Source: Caldimicrobium thiodismutans (lineage in GTDB: Bacteria; Desulfobacterota; Thermodesulfobacteria; Thermodesulfobacteriales; Thermodesulfobacteriaceae). Taken from it: DNA of 32,000 nt. The DNA is taken from positions 180,001 through 212,000 of the forward strand of contig NZ_AP014945.1 in NCBI RefSeq assembly GCF_001548275.1. Direction: 5' to 3'. The notes under the pieces are model-generated. The model was not told the origin of the DNA, searched no databases, and saw nothing but the letters and a program-made list of their open reading frames with translations. This document shows, one piece after another, positions 16,326-25,301 of this stretch (the stretch's first letter is position 1; the number at the start of each line of letters is the position of its first letter). Both the position numbers and the translations under genes were made by a program.

Positions 16326-18179
16326 ATGCGTTTTAATTTAATGCGCCCAAGGTCCCTTTTAAGCATAATATTGGCTTTGTGGCTTTTATTGATCTTTTTT
16401 AGCTCCTCATCTGGTCAACCCAAGGAGGGGATTTTAAAGAGATTTTTAACCAATGCAACTCCCACAGGAATAGAGGCAGATAGAACTCTAAAGGAAATTG
16501 AATCAGCTTTCAGGCTAAAGGATTACGCTAAGGTTATTCAACTTTTTAGCACACTTCCTCCATCTCTTCAACTCTCTCCTGAAGAATTTTTCATGGTTGC
16601 GGAAAGCTTTTATCAGACTGGAGAGCCAGAGAAAGCTATAGATTTAGCTGAAAGGGCAAGTAGTTTAAGAAGAGGGAAAGAGCTTTCCTGTTCTGCAGAA
16701 CTTTTGAAGATTAAGAGTAGATTGCTTCTTGGAAAAGAAAAGGAGGCCTTAAAGGAATTAGATGAGCTTGAAAAAGGCTTTTGTGCTGAACTTGTTGGAG
16801 ACCAAATTAAAGTTTTGAGAGGCCTTTTGAAAAAAAACTGGGAGGTTGATGTTGATCCAAATCTTATTAAGACCGAGGTTGAGGAATTATATTTAGCCAG
16901 ATTTAACTACCTTCTTAAAAAAGGTGACTTAAAAGAGGCTGAAAAGATTGCCTTTAATTATCTGAATATCAGTGGAGAATATCAAAAGGGTAAGAATTTT
17001 TTCTTCTCCCTGGCAGAGGCCTATTTTAAAAAAGGTGAGATTCCAAGGGCTAAAAAGTTTTATCAACTTATCATCACGGAGTGGGATGTTTCTAAGGAAT
17101 CCTTTTTATCCAAGTTTAGACTTTATCAAATTGCCTATGAGTCAACCAAAATTAAGGAGCTTTTACCCCCAAAAACTATAGAAGACCTTTTGATGTATAT
17201 TACTCAGATAAAGGCCAAGTATCCTTCCGAAGGAATTGCTGAGGAGGCTTCTTTTTTAGGTATTCGGATTTATTATGATCAAAGGGACTGGGAAAGGACA
17301 AGAAAGAGCACCAAAGAATTTTTAAAAATCTATCCAGAAAGTTCCTTTCTTACCAAAGTTTATGATTATTATTGCCAGGCATCAACCTCTCTTGTGCCAG
17401 CTTATTTTCTTCAGGGTAAAGTTGGAGAACTTCAAAAAATAGCTCAGGAAGAAAGGGAAATATTTGAGAAGGCAAACTGCGGGGTCTTTTATTATCACTT
17501 AGGGAAGGAATTTTATAGATATAATCTCTATACCCTTAGTAGCTATTATTTCCTTTCAGTTCAGGATTTACCTCTTCCAGGTGAAGTTCTTCCAGATTAT
17601 TACCTGAAATTGGCTTTTTTAGCAGAAATAAACGGGGAAGAGGAGGTATCCGATATCCTTTTATCTTATCTTCAAAAAAATTTTTCAAAAAAAACAGGGA
17701 GCGAACCAGAATATTTATTTTTAAAAACTAAAAAAGCCCTTGCAAAGGATTTAAACTATGGAGTAAATTTGCTAAGGGAGACTCTGAAAACAGCCCTACC
17801 AGTAGCTTTTAAGCGGGAGCTGATTTTTCAGGCTTTAAAAAGAGCTATTCAAGCAAAAAGGTTTACTTTAGCTTATGATTTGCTTCAGAATCCCGGTTAC
17901 GATGCCGGTGAAGGGGATTATCTGTGGTTACTTTCAGAGACCTTTTCTGCTGACCCTAAGCTCTTTGAGAGGATCCTGCTTGAGTCTAAGAAGAAATTTC
18001 CAAAAAGCTCGGCTATCCTTTGGCTTGAGGCCTATCATCTTGAGAGAAAGGGGGAACTTAAAAAGACCTCTAATTTATGGGGAAACCTTACTCAAGGGCA
18101 GAATTTAGAAAATAGATTAGCCCAGCAATACGAAAAAATTCGCAAACTCACAGAGCGAGCCCAAAAACTTGTCTATTAA
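16326..18179 (+). CDS. Secreted or periplasmic TPR-like repeat protein, function unknown
   Basis: N-terminal signal-like segment (MRPRSLLSIILALWLLLIFFSSSSGQ), followed by helical TPR-like repeats (e.g. FFSLAEAYFKKGEIPRAKKFYQLI; EASFLGIRIYYDQRDWERTRKSTKEFLKIYPES). Alternative starts are TTG 16323 and ATG 16341. Confidence 0.6.
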   Translation: MRFNLMRPRSLLSIILALWLLLIFFSSSSGQPKEGILKRFLTNATPTGIEADRTLKEIESAFRLKDYAKVIQLFSTLPPSLQLSPEEFFMVAESFYQTGEPEKAIDLAERASSLRRGKELSCSAELLKIKSRLLLGKEKEALKELDELEKGFCAELVGDQIKVLRGLLKKNWEVDVDPNLIKTEVEELYLARFNYLLKKGDLKEAEKIAFNYLNISGEYQKGKNFFFSLAEAYFKKGEIPRAKKFYQLIITEWDVSKESFLSKFRLYQIAYESTKIKELLPPKTIEDLLMYITQIKAKYPSEGIAEEASFLGIRIYYDQRDWERTRKSTKEFLKIYPESSFLTKVYDYYCQASTSLVPAYFLQGKVGELQKIAQEEREIFEKANCGVFYYHLGKEFYRYNLYTLSSYYFLSVQDLPLPGEVLPDYYLKLAFLAEINGEEEVSDILLSYLQKNFSKKTGSEPEYLFLKTKKALAKDLNYGVNLLRETLKTALPVAFKRELIFQALKRAIQAKRFTLAYDLLQNPGYDAGEGDYLWLLSETFSADPKLFERILLESKKKFPKSSAILWLEAYHLERKGELKKTSNLWGNLTQGQNLENRLAQQYEKIRKLTERAQKLVY

Positions 18180-18180
18180 T

Positions 18181-19560
18181 ATGCAGGAAAAAATTGGTTT
18201 AGTTGGTTCCTCCGTAGAGATAAAACTTTTAAAGGAGGCCCTTGAAGAAAGGGGCCTCAAGATTCATTATTGGAAAAAAGAGGAGTTTTCTCAGAATTCT
18301 TTTCCTGATGACCTGGGGCTTTTAATTTATGAATTAAATAAAAATGAAAGAGATAATCCCTCTCTGTTAGAGAATCTCCTTAAAAAGAAGAACTTAGCCC
18401 TACTTCTCCTTACAGAAGAGATCTCTTTAGAAAAGGCCATAGACTTTATTCGAAGAGGTGCAAGGGATCTTAAGCTATTGAACACTCCCCTTGAACTCTT
18501 AGAAAAGGCAGTCCTTTATTTATTGGAAGAAAGAAGGATCATCACCACAGAAGACATTTTTTTGACGCAAGATCCAAGATTGTTAAAAATTCTGGGGGCC
18601 TTAGAGGAGGTTGCCAAAACTAAGGCCTCAGTCTTATTGACAGGAGAATCAGGAACCGGAAAAGAGCTTTTAGCTAAATATATACATTCTAAAAGCCCTC
18701 GCAAAGGAGGGCCCTTTATTGCCATTAATTGCGCAGCTCTTCCTGAGACCCTCCTTGAATCAGAACTCTTTGGTTTTGAAAAAGGAGCCTTTTCAGGAGC
18801 CAATTACAAAAAAAAGGGAAAAATTGAGCTTGCAGATGGGGGAACTCTCCTTCTTGACGAGATCACCGAGATGGGACTCAATCTTCAGAGTAAACTTCTA
18901 AGAGTTCTTCAGGAGGGTGAGATTGATCGCTTAGGGGGCTATCATCCCATTAAAGTAGATTTTAGATTAATCTCAACCACAAATCGAGATATTGAAAGGG
19001 AAGTGCAGGAAGGGAGATTTAGAAGTGATCTCTTTTATCGCATAAATGTAATTACTGTCAAAGTTCCTCCTCTTCGGGAAAGGAGAGGAGATGTCAAGCT
19101 TTTAGCAAAATACTTCCTGGAAAAATTTTCCCTCAGTTATCAGAAAAAGTTTAAGGGATTTACATCTCAGGCCATGCAGTTCTTAGAAAACTATCCCTTT
19201 CCAGGAAATGTAAGGGAACTTAAAAACATGCTCGAAAGAGCAGTTATAACCTGTTTAGATGAGGAAATTGATGTCAAACATTTGACAGATCCCTTTAGTG
19301 AAGCTTCCTTAAAAACTGAAGAAAGTCAAAGTGAGTCTGTGTCCTCTGTCCTTTCAAATACTGGCACAAATTTTGATAATTCTTTTGAGGAGGTGAAGCC
19401 ATTAGATGAGATTGAGAGGGAGGCAATTATGAAGGCCTTAAGGCTAACTAAAGGACACAAAGCAAGGGCTGCTGAGCTCTTAGGGATTACAGTGAGAACT
19501 TTAAGAAATAAACTCAAGGAATATGAAGAAAGGGGACTTCTTTCTGAAGGAGGGTTCTAA
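18181..19560 (+). CDS. Sigma-54-dependent activator with a degenerate receiver-like N-domain (FleQ/FlrA-like architecture)
   Basis: The N-terminal ~120 aa has a CheY-like pattern but lacks the acidic pocket. The AAA+ core has GESGTGKELLAKYIH, GAFSGA, LLLDEITEM and RFRSDLFYRINV. The C-terminal HTH is KARAAELLGITVRTLRNKLKEY. The ORF is open from a TTG at 18169. The stop overlaps the flgB ATG (TAATG). Confidence 0.8.
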   Translation: MQEKIGLVGSSVEIKLLKEALEERGLKIHYWKKEEFSQNSFPDDLGLLIYELNKNERDNPSLLENLLKKKNLALLLLTEEISLEKAIDFIRRGARDLKLLNTPLELLEKAVLYLLEERRIITTEDIFLTQDPRLLKILGALEEVAKTKASVLLTGESGTGKELLAKYIHSKSPRKGGPFIAINCAALPETLLESELFGFEKGAFSGANYKKKGKIELADGGTLLLDEITEMGLNLQSKLLRVLQEGEIDRLGGYHPIKVDFRLISTTNRDIEREVQEGRFRSDLFYRINVITVKVPPLRERRGDVKLLAKYFLEKFSLSYQKKFKGFTSQAMQFLENYPFPGNVRELKNMLERAVITCLDEEIDVKHLTDPFSEASLKTEESQSESVSSVLSNTGTNFDNSFEEVKPLDEIEREAIMKALRLTKGHKARAAELLGITVRTLRNKLKEYEERGLLSEGGF

Positions 19561-19955
19561 TGTGGGGAAATTTTCAAAAACTTTTAGATACGGTTAAGCT
19601 TTCTTTAAGACTTAGAACAGAAAGGCATCAGCTTATCTCTTCCAATCTTGCTAATGTGGATACTCCTGGCTATCGTAGAAAGGATCTGCCCTTTGAAAAG
19701 ATAATGCAGAGCTATATTACTCAGGAAAAGAGTTTAAAGACCACCCATCCTAAACACTTCAAGATGAAGGAAAGAACCTTAGATGATTTGATAAAGAGCT
19801 ATCAACCCGAAACTCTTGGGACACCTAATAATGTAAGTTTAGAAGAAGAAATGGCAAGCCTGACGGAGAACCAACTCCTTTATGAAAGCACCCTTCAATC
19901 TTTAGCCAAAGAGCTTGAGCGCTTGAAGGAGATTATCACAGAGGGAGGTAGATAG
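19560..19955 (+). CDS. flgB: Flagellar basal-body rod protein FlgB
   Basis: ..RTERHQLISSNLANVDTPGYRRKDLPFE.. and a C-terminal ..ENQLLYESTLQSLAKEL. First gene of the conserved flgB-flgC-fliE order. Confidence 0.9.
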   Translation: MWGNFQKLLDTVKLSLRLRTERHQLISSNLANVDTPGYRRKDLPFEKIMQSYITQEKSLKTTHPKHFKMKERTLDDLIKSYQPETLGTPNNVSLEEEMASLTENQLLYESTLQSLAKELERLKEIITEGGR

Positions 19956-19957
19956 AT

Positions 19958-20368
19958 ATGAATCTACTCAAGGCTGGAAGAATAGCCCAGAGTGGTCTTC
20001 TGGCTCAGAGGGTAAGGCTTAATGTTACTGCAAGCAACATTGCCAACGCCCAGGTTACAAGAACCTTAGAGGGAGGCCCTTACAAAGCCAAAAATGTTAT
20101 CCTTCAGGCTGTTCCCCTTTCAGAGACTGAGCCAGCCTTACAGCAGGTCAGGGTGAAGGCTATAAAAGATGATCCCTCTCCTTTTAAGGAGGTCTATGAT
20201 CCCGGGCATCCAGATGCTGATGAACGGGGGATTGTTAGATATCCCAATGTGGATGTGATCACTGAGATGGTTGAGTTGTTATCAGCCAGTAGGGCCTATG
20301 AGGCTAACTTAGCTGTCCTTTCAACCACAAAGAGCATGTTTTTGCGAACCCTTGAGCTTATGAAATAA
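19958..20368 (+). CDS. flgC: Flagellar basal-body rod protein FlgC
   Basis: ..SGLLAQRVRLNVTASNIANAQVTRT..GPY.. and C-terminal EMVELLSASRAYEANLAVLSTTKSMFLRTLEL. GGGAGG lies upstream. Confidence 0.9.
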   Translation: MNLLKAGRIAQSGLLAQRVRLNVTASNIANAQVTRTLEGGPYKAKNVILQAVPLSETEPALQQVRVKAIKDDPSPFKEVYDPGHPDADERGIVRYPNVDVITEMVELLSASRAYEANLAVLSTTKSMFLRTLELMK

Positions 20369-20407
20369 AAATATGAAAATTTGGTAACTCAAATCAGGAG
20401 GTGACTT

Positions 20408-20689
20408 ATGAAAATTCAGGGCCTTCAGGGAAAGGTCAATCTTTATCAGGAGACTCAAAAAAAGACTGCTCCTGATTTTCAAAAGATTCTCTTAGAAAAT
20501 TTAAAAGAGGTTGACCAGAAAGAAAAAACTGCTCAAGAGGCTATTATGGCCCTTGCCAGAGGAGAAGATATTGATCCAGCTGAGGTAGCTCAAAAGATTT
20601 CCTCAGCGGATGCCAGTATGAAACTTCTCCTGAGGATAAGAAATAAGGTTTTAGAGGCCTATCAGGAAATTATGAGAATGCAGATTTAA
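20408..20689 (+). CDS. fliE: Flagellar hook-basal body complex protein FliE
   Basis: 93 aa. ..AQEAIMALARGEDIDPAEVAQKISSADASMKLLLRIRNKVLEAYQEIMRMQI is the typical FliE C-terminus. AGGAGGTG lies upstream. Confidence 0.85.
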   Translation: MKIQGLQGKVNLYQETQKKTAPDFQKILLENLKEVDQKEKTAQEAIMALARGEDIDPAEVAQKISSADASMKLLLRIRNKVLEAYQEIMRMQI

Positions 20690-20703
20690 GGAGGTTATAA
20701 CAG

Positions 20704-22254
20704 ATGCCCCCTCTTGATCCCAAGAGAATTTTTTTACAGCTCAAAGAGTTTTGGGGGAAGTTAACCACCAAACAAAAGGGTCTTCTCATAGGTGGTATTT
20801 TTGGGTTAGCTTTATTGATAACCTTTCTTGTTTGGTATGCAGGGAGAACCTCTTATGCCTTACTTTATAGGGGGTTAGATGAAGCTACTTCCGGTCAGGT
20901 AGTCCAGTATCTTAAGGAGCAAAAGATCCCTTATAAGGTGGAGAAAGATGGAAGTATTTATGTGCCTGAGGATAAGGTTCCTGAGATAAGGATGGAGGTA
21001 GCCAGTAAAGGATTACTTGGAGGCACAGGACCAGGCTTTGAGCTTTTTGATAAGGAGAAACTTGGGCTTACAGAATTTCAGGAGAAGGTTAATTATCAGC
21101 GAGCCCTTGAGGGGGAGCTTGCAAGAACCATTCTTGGAATTAAAGGGGTTAAGTCTGTAAGGGTTCATTTAGCTTTACCTAAGGAAAGTCTCTTTATTGA
21201 GGAAGAAAGACCACCCAAGGCCTCTGTGCTTCTTGAATTGAAACCAGGCTTTTCATTAACACCCGAGCAGGTAAGGGGAATTGTTAATTTAGTAAGCGGT
21301 GCAGTTTCTAAGCTTGACCCCAAGAATGTAACTGTAGTTGATGCTATTACTGGCAAAAAACTCTTTGCTTATGAAAGTGAAGAAGGGGCGATTTCAACCA
21401 CACAACTTGCTTATAAGAAAAAGATTGAAGAGAGCCTTAAGAATAAGGTGGAAGAACTTCTTGGCTCTGCCCTTGGTTATGGAAAGGCCTTAGCTCAGGT
21501 TACAGTTGATCTTTCCTTTGATAAGGAGAGTCTTGTTGAAGAAACTTATGATCCTGAGGGATCAGCAGTGGTATCTGAAGATTTAGAGGAGGAATCAAAG
21601 CAGACAAAGACCCCTGCCGAAGAGGGTGCTGGAGGAGTAAAGGGTGCCCTTACCCAAAAATTTGAGGCAACCACTCCACAAGCTCAAGGGGAGACCTATA
21701 ATAAAAAAAGAGTTGTGAGAAATTTTGAGGTCAGTAAAAAGGTAAGAAACCTTGAAATTTCTCCAGGTAGTATTAAAAAAATTAGTGTAGCTGTAGTGGT
21801 GGATAAAAAAGTTCTGTCTGAAAATGAGACAGCCAAACTTGAGTGGATTGACAATTTAGTAAAGGGAGCTATAGGGTATAATCCCGAAAGGGGCGATGAG
21901 GTAAAGATTGAGGCCAAGGCCTTTGTAGAACCCCCGGTTAAGAAACCCAGTTTTATGGATTATCTTGTTCAGGCCTCTAAGCCTCTTGCAGTTATTTTCT
22001 TGTTGATACTCTTATATTTTTTGGTTGTGAGGCCCCTTCTTAAATCTCTTAAACCAGCTCCTGCTCCTGAGGCCATCTCTGAGGTTCCTGGTATTGCAAA
22101 GCCTGAAGAGGAAGTAGAGGAAGAAGTTATGCCAAGGGAGATTGCTATAGGTATTATCAGAAGTCAACCAGAAAGAGCAGCTGCTCTGGTTAAAAAATGG
22201 CTTTTAGAAGAGACTATGGAACAGCGTAAGAAGGCTTTAGCTGAGGCAAAATAA
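20704..22254 (+). CDS. fliF: Flagellar MS-ring protein FliF
   Basis: 516 aa. N-terminal TM helix, then YALLYRGLDEATSGQVVQYLKEQKIPYKVEKDGSIYVPEDKV, NYQRALEGELARTI, a second TM helix near the C-terminus, and a FliG-binding tail. AAGGAGG lies upstream. Confidence 0.9.
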   Translation: MPPLDPKRIFLQLKEFWGKLTTKQKGLLIGGIFGLALLITFLVWYAGRTSYALLYRGLDEATSGQVVQYLKEQKIPYKVEKDGSIYVPEDKVPEIRMEVASKGLLGGTGPGFELFDKEKLGLTEFQEKVNYQRALEGELARTILGIKGVKSVRVHLALPKESLFIEEERPPKASVLLELKPGFSLTPEQVRGIVNLVSGAVSKLDPKNVTVVDAITGKKLFAYESEEGAISTTQLAYKKKIEESLKNKVEELLGSALGYGKALAQVTVDLSFDKESLVEETYDPEGSAVVSEDLEEESKQTKTPAEEGAGGVKGALTQKFEATTPQAQGETYNKKRVVRNFEVSKKVRNLEISPGSIKKISVAVVVDKKVLSENETAKLEWIDNLVKGAIGYNPERGDEVKIEAKAFVEPPVKKPSFMDYLVQASKPLAVIFLLILLYFLVVRPLLKSLKPAPAPEAISEVPGIAKPEEEVEEEVMPREIAIGIIRSQPERAAALVKKWLLEETMEQRKKALAEAK

Positions 22255-22256
22255 AT

Positions 22257-23267
22257 ATGTCCAAGCTTGATCCTGAAAAATTGACCGGTCCTCAGAAGGC
22301 TGCTATTTTTTTAATGTTGATGGGAGAGGATTTTACCTCTCAGGTTTACAAGAATTTAGATGAAGAGGATATCAAGCGTATCGGTATTGAAATGGCCAAA
22401 ATTGAATATATACCTGCGGAGGTCGCTAAAAGGGTCCTTGAAGAGGCCAATATTGAAGCCAAAGATTTACTTGCTAATATTAATCTTTCACCGGATGAGT
22501 TTCTCAAAAAGAGTCTACTTGAGGCCTATGGTGAGAAAGGAAAGGCCCTTTATGAGGAAATTAAAAAGGAGGTTGGCCCGGAGACCTTTAAAAAATTAAA
22601 AAAACTTGATCCCAAGACCATATCTAATTTTCTGGCCAATGAACATCCCCAGACAATAGCTATTATTCTTGTGCATCTTGAACCAGAACTATCCGGACAG
22701 GTTCTTCAGCTTCTGCCGGAAAAGATTAGAAGTGAGGTCTTGTTGAGAATTGCACTCCTGGATAAGGTTGATCCTCAGATTGTAAAGGAGATTAGTGATG
22801 CCTTAGAGGAGGAGCTCAAGGCTGTTGGTGGGGCCCTTGGAAAAAAGATTGGAGGGGCAGAAAAGGCAGCTGAAGTCCTTTCCCATGCCGGAAGGGAACT
22901 TGAGGATGAGCTTCTTACAGAGATTGAGGATGAAAATCCAGCCTTAGCAGAAGAAATCAGAAAATTCCTCTTTACCTTTGAGGACTTTCTTAAGGTGGAT
23001 GATTTTGCTATTCAGACTATCTTGCGTGAAATCTCAACGGATGATTTAAAACTTGCCCTGAAGGGGGCTTCAGAAGAAATTAAGGAAAAATTCTTCAGAA
23101 ACATGAGTAAGAGAGCTTCTGATCTTATGAAAGAAGAACTTGAGATGATGGGACCAGTTAGAATTACTGAAGTGGAAAAGGCCCAGATGAATATTATAAG
23201 GGCAGCCAAAAAGCTTGAGCAGGAAGGAAAAATAGTCCTTTCCAAGGGAGAAGAGGAATTTGTCTAA
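22257..23267 (+). CDS. fliG: Flagellar motor switch protein FliG
   Basis: LTGPQKAAIFLMLMGEDFTSQVYKNLDEEDIKRI.., ..HPQTIAIILVHLEPE.., ..LREISTDDLKLALKGASEEIKEKFFRNMSKRASDLMKEELEMMGPVR.. are diagnostic FliG motifs. Confidence 0.95.
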   Translation: MSKLDPEKLTGPQKAAIFLMLMGEDFTSQVYKNLDEEDIKRIGIEMAKIEYIPAEVAKRVLEEANIEAKDLLANINLSPDEFLKKSLLEAYGEKGKALYEEIKKEVGPETFKKLKKLDPKTISNFLANEHPQTIAIILVHLEPELSGQVLQLLPEKIRSEVLLRIALLDKVDPQIVKEISDALEEELKAVGGALGKKIGGAEKAAEVLSHAGRELEDELLTEIEDENPALAEEIRKFLFTFEDFLKVDDFAIQTILREISTDDLKLALKGASEEIKEKFFRNMSKRASDLMKEELEMMGPVRITEVEKAQMNIIRAAKKLEQEGKIVLSKGEEEFV

Positions 23268-24030
23268 GATTATCAAAGCTGAAAAACTTTGTGCCCACGA
23301 TTTTATCCAGCCCAAGGTAGATTTAAATGAAGAGGATACCTTTTGTCCCTTTTTATCCCCTCCTGAAGAATATGAGCTCAAAAACAAAAAGGAAGATTCC
23401 TCAAAGAGCTTGAGCTTGGAAGAACAATTTAAACTTGCTCAAGAACAGGGCTTTAAGAGGGGTTATGAAGAAGGCTTCCAAAAAGGAAAAGAGGAAGGAT
23501 TTAAAAGAGGTCTTGAAGAGGGACTAAAGGAGGCTGAAAAAAAGATTGAGGAAGAAAAGGAAAGACTCCGTAAGAAAAATGAAGAGGAAATACAAAAAGA
23601 GAGGGAAAGTTTTTTTCAATTTCTAAACAAGCTGGATAAAGAATTCCATGAGACAGTGCTTAATCTTGATAGAGAGATCCTCAAGCTTGCCTTAGATATT
23701 GTCCAGAAACTCCTTTTAAAGACAATTGAAGTGGATAAAGAGCCTCTTCTGAGGATAATAAAAGAGGCTCTTAAGTATCTTGCTGAAGGGTCAGAGGTCT
23801 GGATAAAAGTTAATCCCCAGGATCTTACCTTTTTGAAGGAGCGGATTTTAGAGCTACCCAAAGGATATCGCATAAACTTTATTCCTGATGAGACAGTATC
23901 AATGGGAGGAGTTTTTATAGAAAGTAAAATGGGAGTCATTGATGCTACCTTTGAGAAGAGGTGGCAAAAGCTCCTTGAGGCCTTATGGAATGAAGATACA
24001 GTCAACCAAAAAAATATATCGCAAGCTTGA
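23260..24030 (+). CDS. fliH: Flagellar export apparatus protein FliH
   Basis: It sits between fliG and fliI. It has an E/K-rich repeat region (GYEEGFQKGKEEGFKRGLEEGLKEAE) and a C-terminal FliH/YscL-type domain (..GGVFIESKMGVIDATFEKRWQKL). The TTG start overlaps the fliG stop. Confidence 0.8.
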   Translation: MSKIIKAEKLCAHDFIQPKVDLNEEDTFCPFLSPPEEYELKNKKEDSSKSLSLEEQFKLAQEQGFKRGYEEGFQKGKEEGFKRGLEEGLKEAEKKIEEEKERLRKKNEEEIQKERESFFQFLNKLDKEFHETVLNLDREILKLALDIVQKLLLKTIEVDKEPLLRIIKEALKYLAEGSEVWIKVNPQDLTFLKERILELPKGYRINFIPDETVSMGGVFIESKMGVIDATFEKRWQKLLEALWNEDTVNQKNISQA

Positions 24031-25300
24031 AGAATTTTTTCCCTTTGAGGTTTACGGATTTATCACCAAGGTTCAGGGTCTAACCCTTGAGAGTTCTGGT
24101 CCCCTTTTAAAGGTAGGGGATCTTTGCAGGGTTGTTGGTAGAGAAGTAGAGACCTTGGCTGAGGTGGTTGGCTTTCACAATGAAAGACTTATTCTTACCG
24201 CTCTGAAGGATTTGAGAGGCCTTGAAGTTGGAGCTAAGGTTATCCCTCTTGGGACTTCCAATGCGCCGGTTGGTGAATCTTTTAAGGGTAGAGTAGTCAA
24301 TGCCTTAGGAGAGCCTTTAGATGAGAAGGAAAGACCTTTACCTGCTGATTACTATCCCCTTTATGGAGAGCCTTTAAGACCCTTAGAAAGGGAGAGAATA
24401 ACTCAGGTTTTAGATGTAGGTGTTAAGGCTATAAATGCCCTTCTAACTGTCGGAGCTGGTCAAAGAGTTGCCATTATGGCTGGTTCAGGAGTGGGTAAAA
24501 GCACTCTTCTTGGGATGATAGCCCGTTATACCCGGGCAGATCTTAATGTGATTGCCCTAATAGGAGAAAGAGGGAGAGAGGTCAGAGAATTTTTGGAAAG
24601 AGATTTAGGAGAGGAGGGGCTAAAAAGGTCAGTAGTTGTAGTATCTACTTCTGATGAAAGTCCGGCCCTCAGGATCAGAGCAGCTTATTATGCCACCGCT
24701 TTAGCAGAATATTTTAGAGATCAGGGCCTGAATGTTTTACTTCTTATGGATTCCCTTACCCGTTTTTGTATGGCTGGAAGGGAAATAGGTCTTGCAAGTG
24801 GCGAGCCCCCTACAGCCAGAGGATATACCCCCTCTGTTTTTGCTTTACTTCCAAGGCTTCTTGAAAGGATAGGCCCCAAAGTCAAGGGAGGATCAATTAC
24901 AGGAATTTATACAGTCCTTGTGGAAGGGGATGATATGAATGACCCCATTGCTGATGCGGTAAGAAGTATTGTAGATGGCCATATTGTCCTGAGTAGAGAC
25001 CTTACCCAAGAAGGCCACTATCCCCCCATTGATATTCTGGCCAGTATTTCAAGGGTTATGAAGGACATAGTTTCTAAGGATCAATTAAAACTTGCTCAGG
25101 AGGTTATAAGTATTCTGGCTACCTATCGTAGAGCTGAAGACTTGATAAATATCGGAGCCTATGTGAAGGGTTCAAATCCAGAGATTGACAGGGCCCTGGG
25201 GCTTTATCCAAAAATAAAAGCTTTCCTCAAGCAGGAGATTGAAGAGGGGTTTTCCTTTGAGAAATCCCTTGAACTTTTAAGGAGTGCCTTAGGGGATTAA
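23990..25300 (+). CDS. fliI: Flagellum-specific ATPase FliI
   Basis: Walker A GSGVGKST, LIGERGREV and Walker B LLLMDSLTRF, with F1/T3SS-ATPase-like sequence throughout. The ORF is open from 23939. I prefer the ATG at 23990 (MKIQSTKKIYRKLEEF..) on N-terminal similarity and a GAGG upstream. Confidence 0.9.
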   Translation: MKIQSTKKIYRKLEEFFPFEVYGFITKVQGLTLESSGPLLKVGDLCRVVGREVETLAEVVGFHNERLILTALKDLRGLEVGAKVIPLGTSNAPVGESFKGRVVNALGEPLDEKERPLPADYYPLYGEPLRPLERERITQVLDVGVKAINALLTVGAGQRVAIMAGSGVGKSTLLGMIARYTRADLNVIALIGERGREVREFLERDLGEEGLKRSVVVVSTSDESPALRIRAAYYATALAEYFRDQGLNVLLLMDSLTRFCMAGREIGLASGEPPTARGYTPSVFALLPRLLERIGPKVKGGSITGIYTVLVEGDDMNDPIADAVRSIVDGHIVLSRDLTQEGHYPPIDILASISRVMKDIVSKDQLKLAQEVISILATYRRAEDLINIGAYVKGSNPEIDRALGLYPKIKAFLKQEIEEGFSFEKSLELLRSALGD

Positions 25301-25301
25301 A

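Noticed and set aside
15344-18803. Antisense ORFs 15344-15559 and 18516-18803, whose translations look alike (..KAPFSKPKSS..)
   Set aside because: The similarity simply mirrors the paralogous AAA+ cores (GAFTGA/GAFSGA region) of the two activators on the opposite strand. It is not a separate conserved gene.
23939-23989. Upstream TTG/ATG starts for fliI
   Set aside because: The extension (MMLPLRRGGKSSLRPYG) lies entirely within the fliH 3' end and is unlike FliI N-termini. The ATG at 23990 gives the expected N-terminal domain onset. This remains unproven without N-terminal data.
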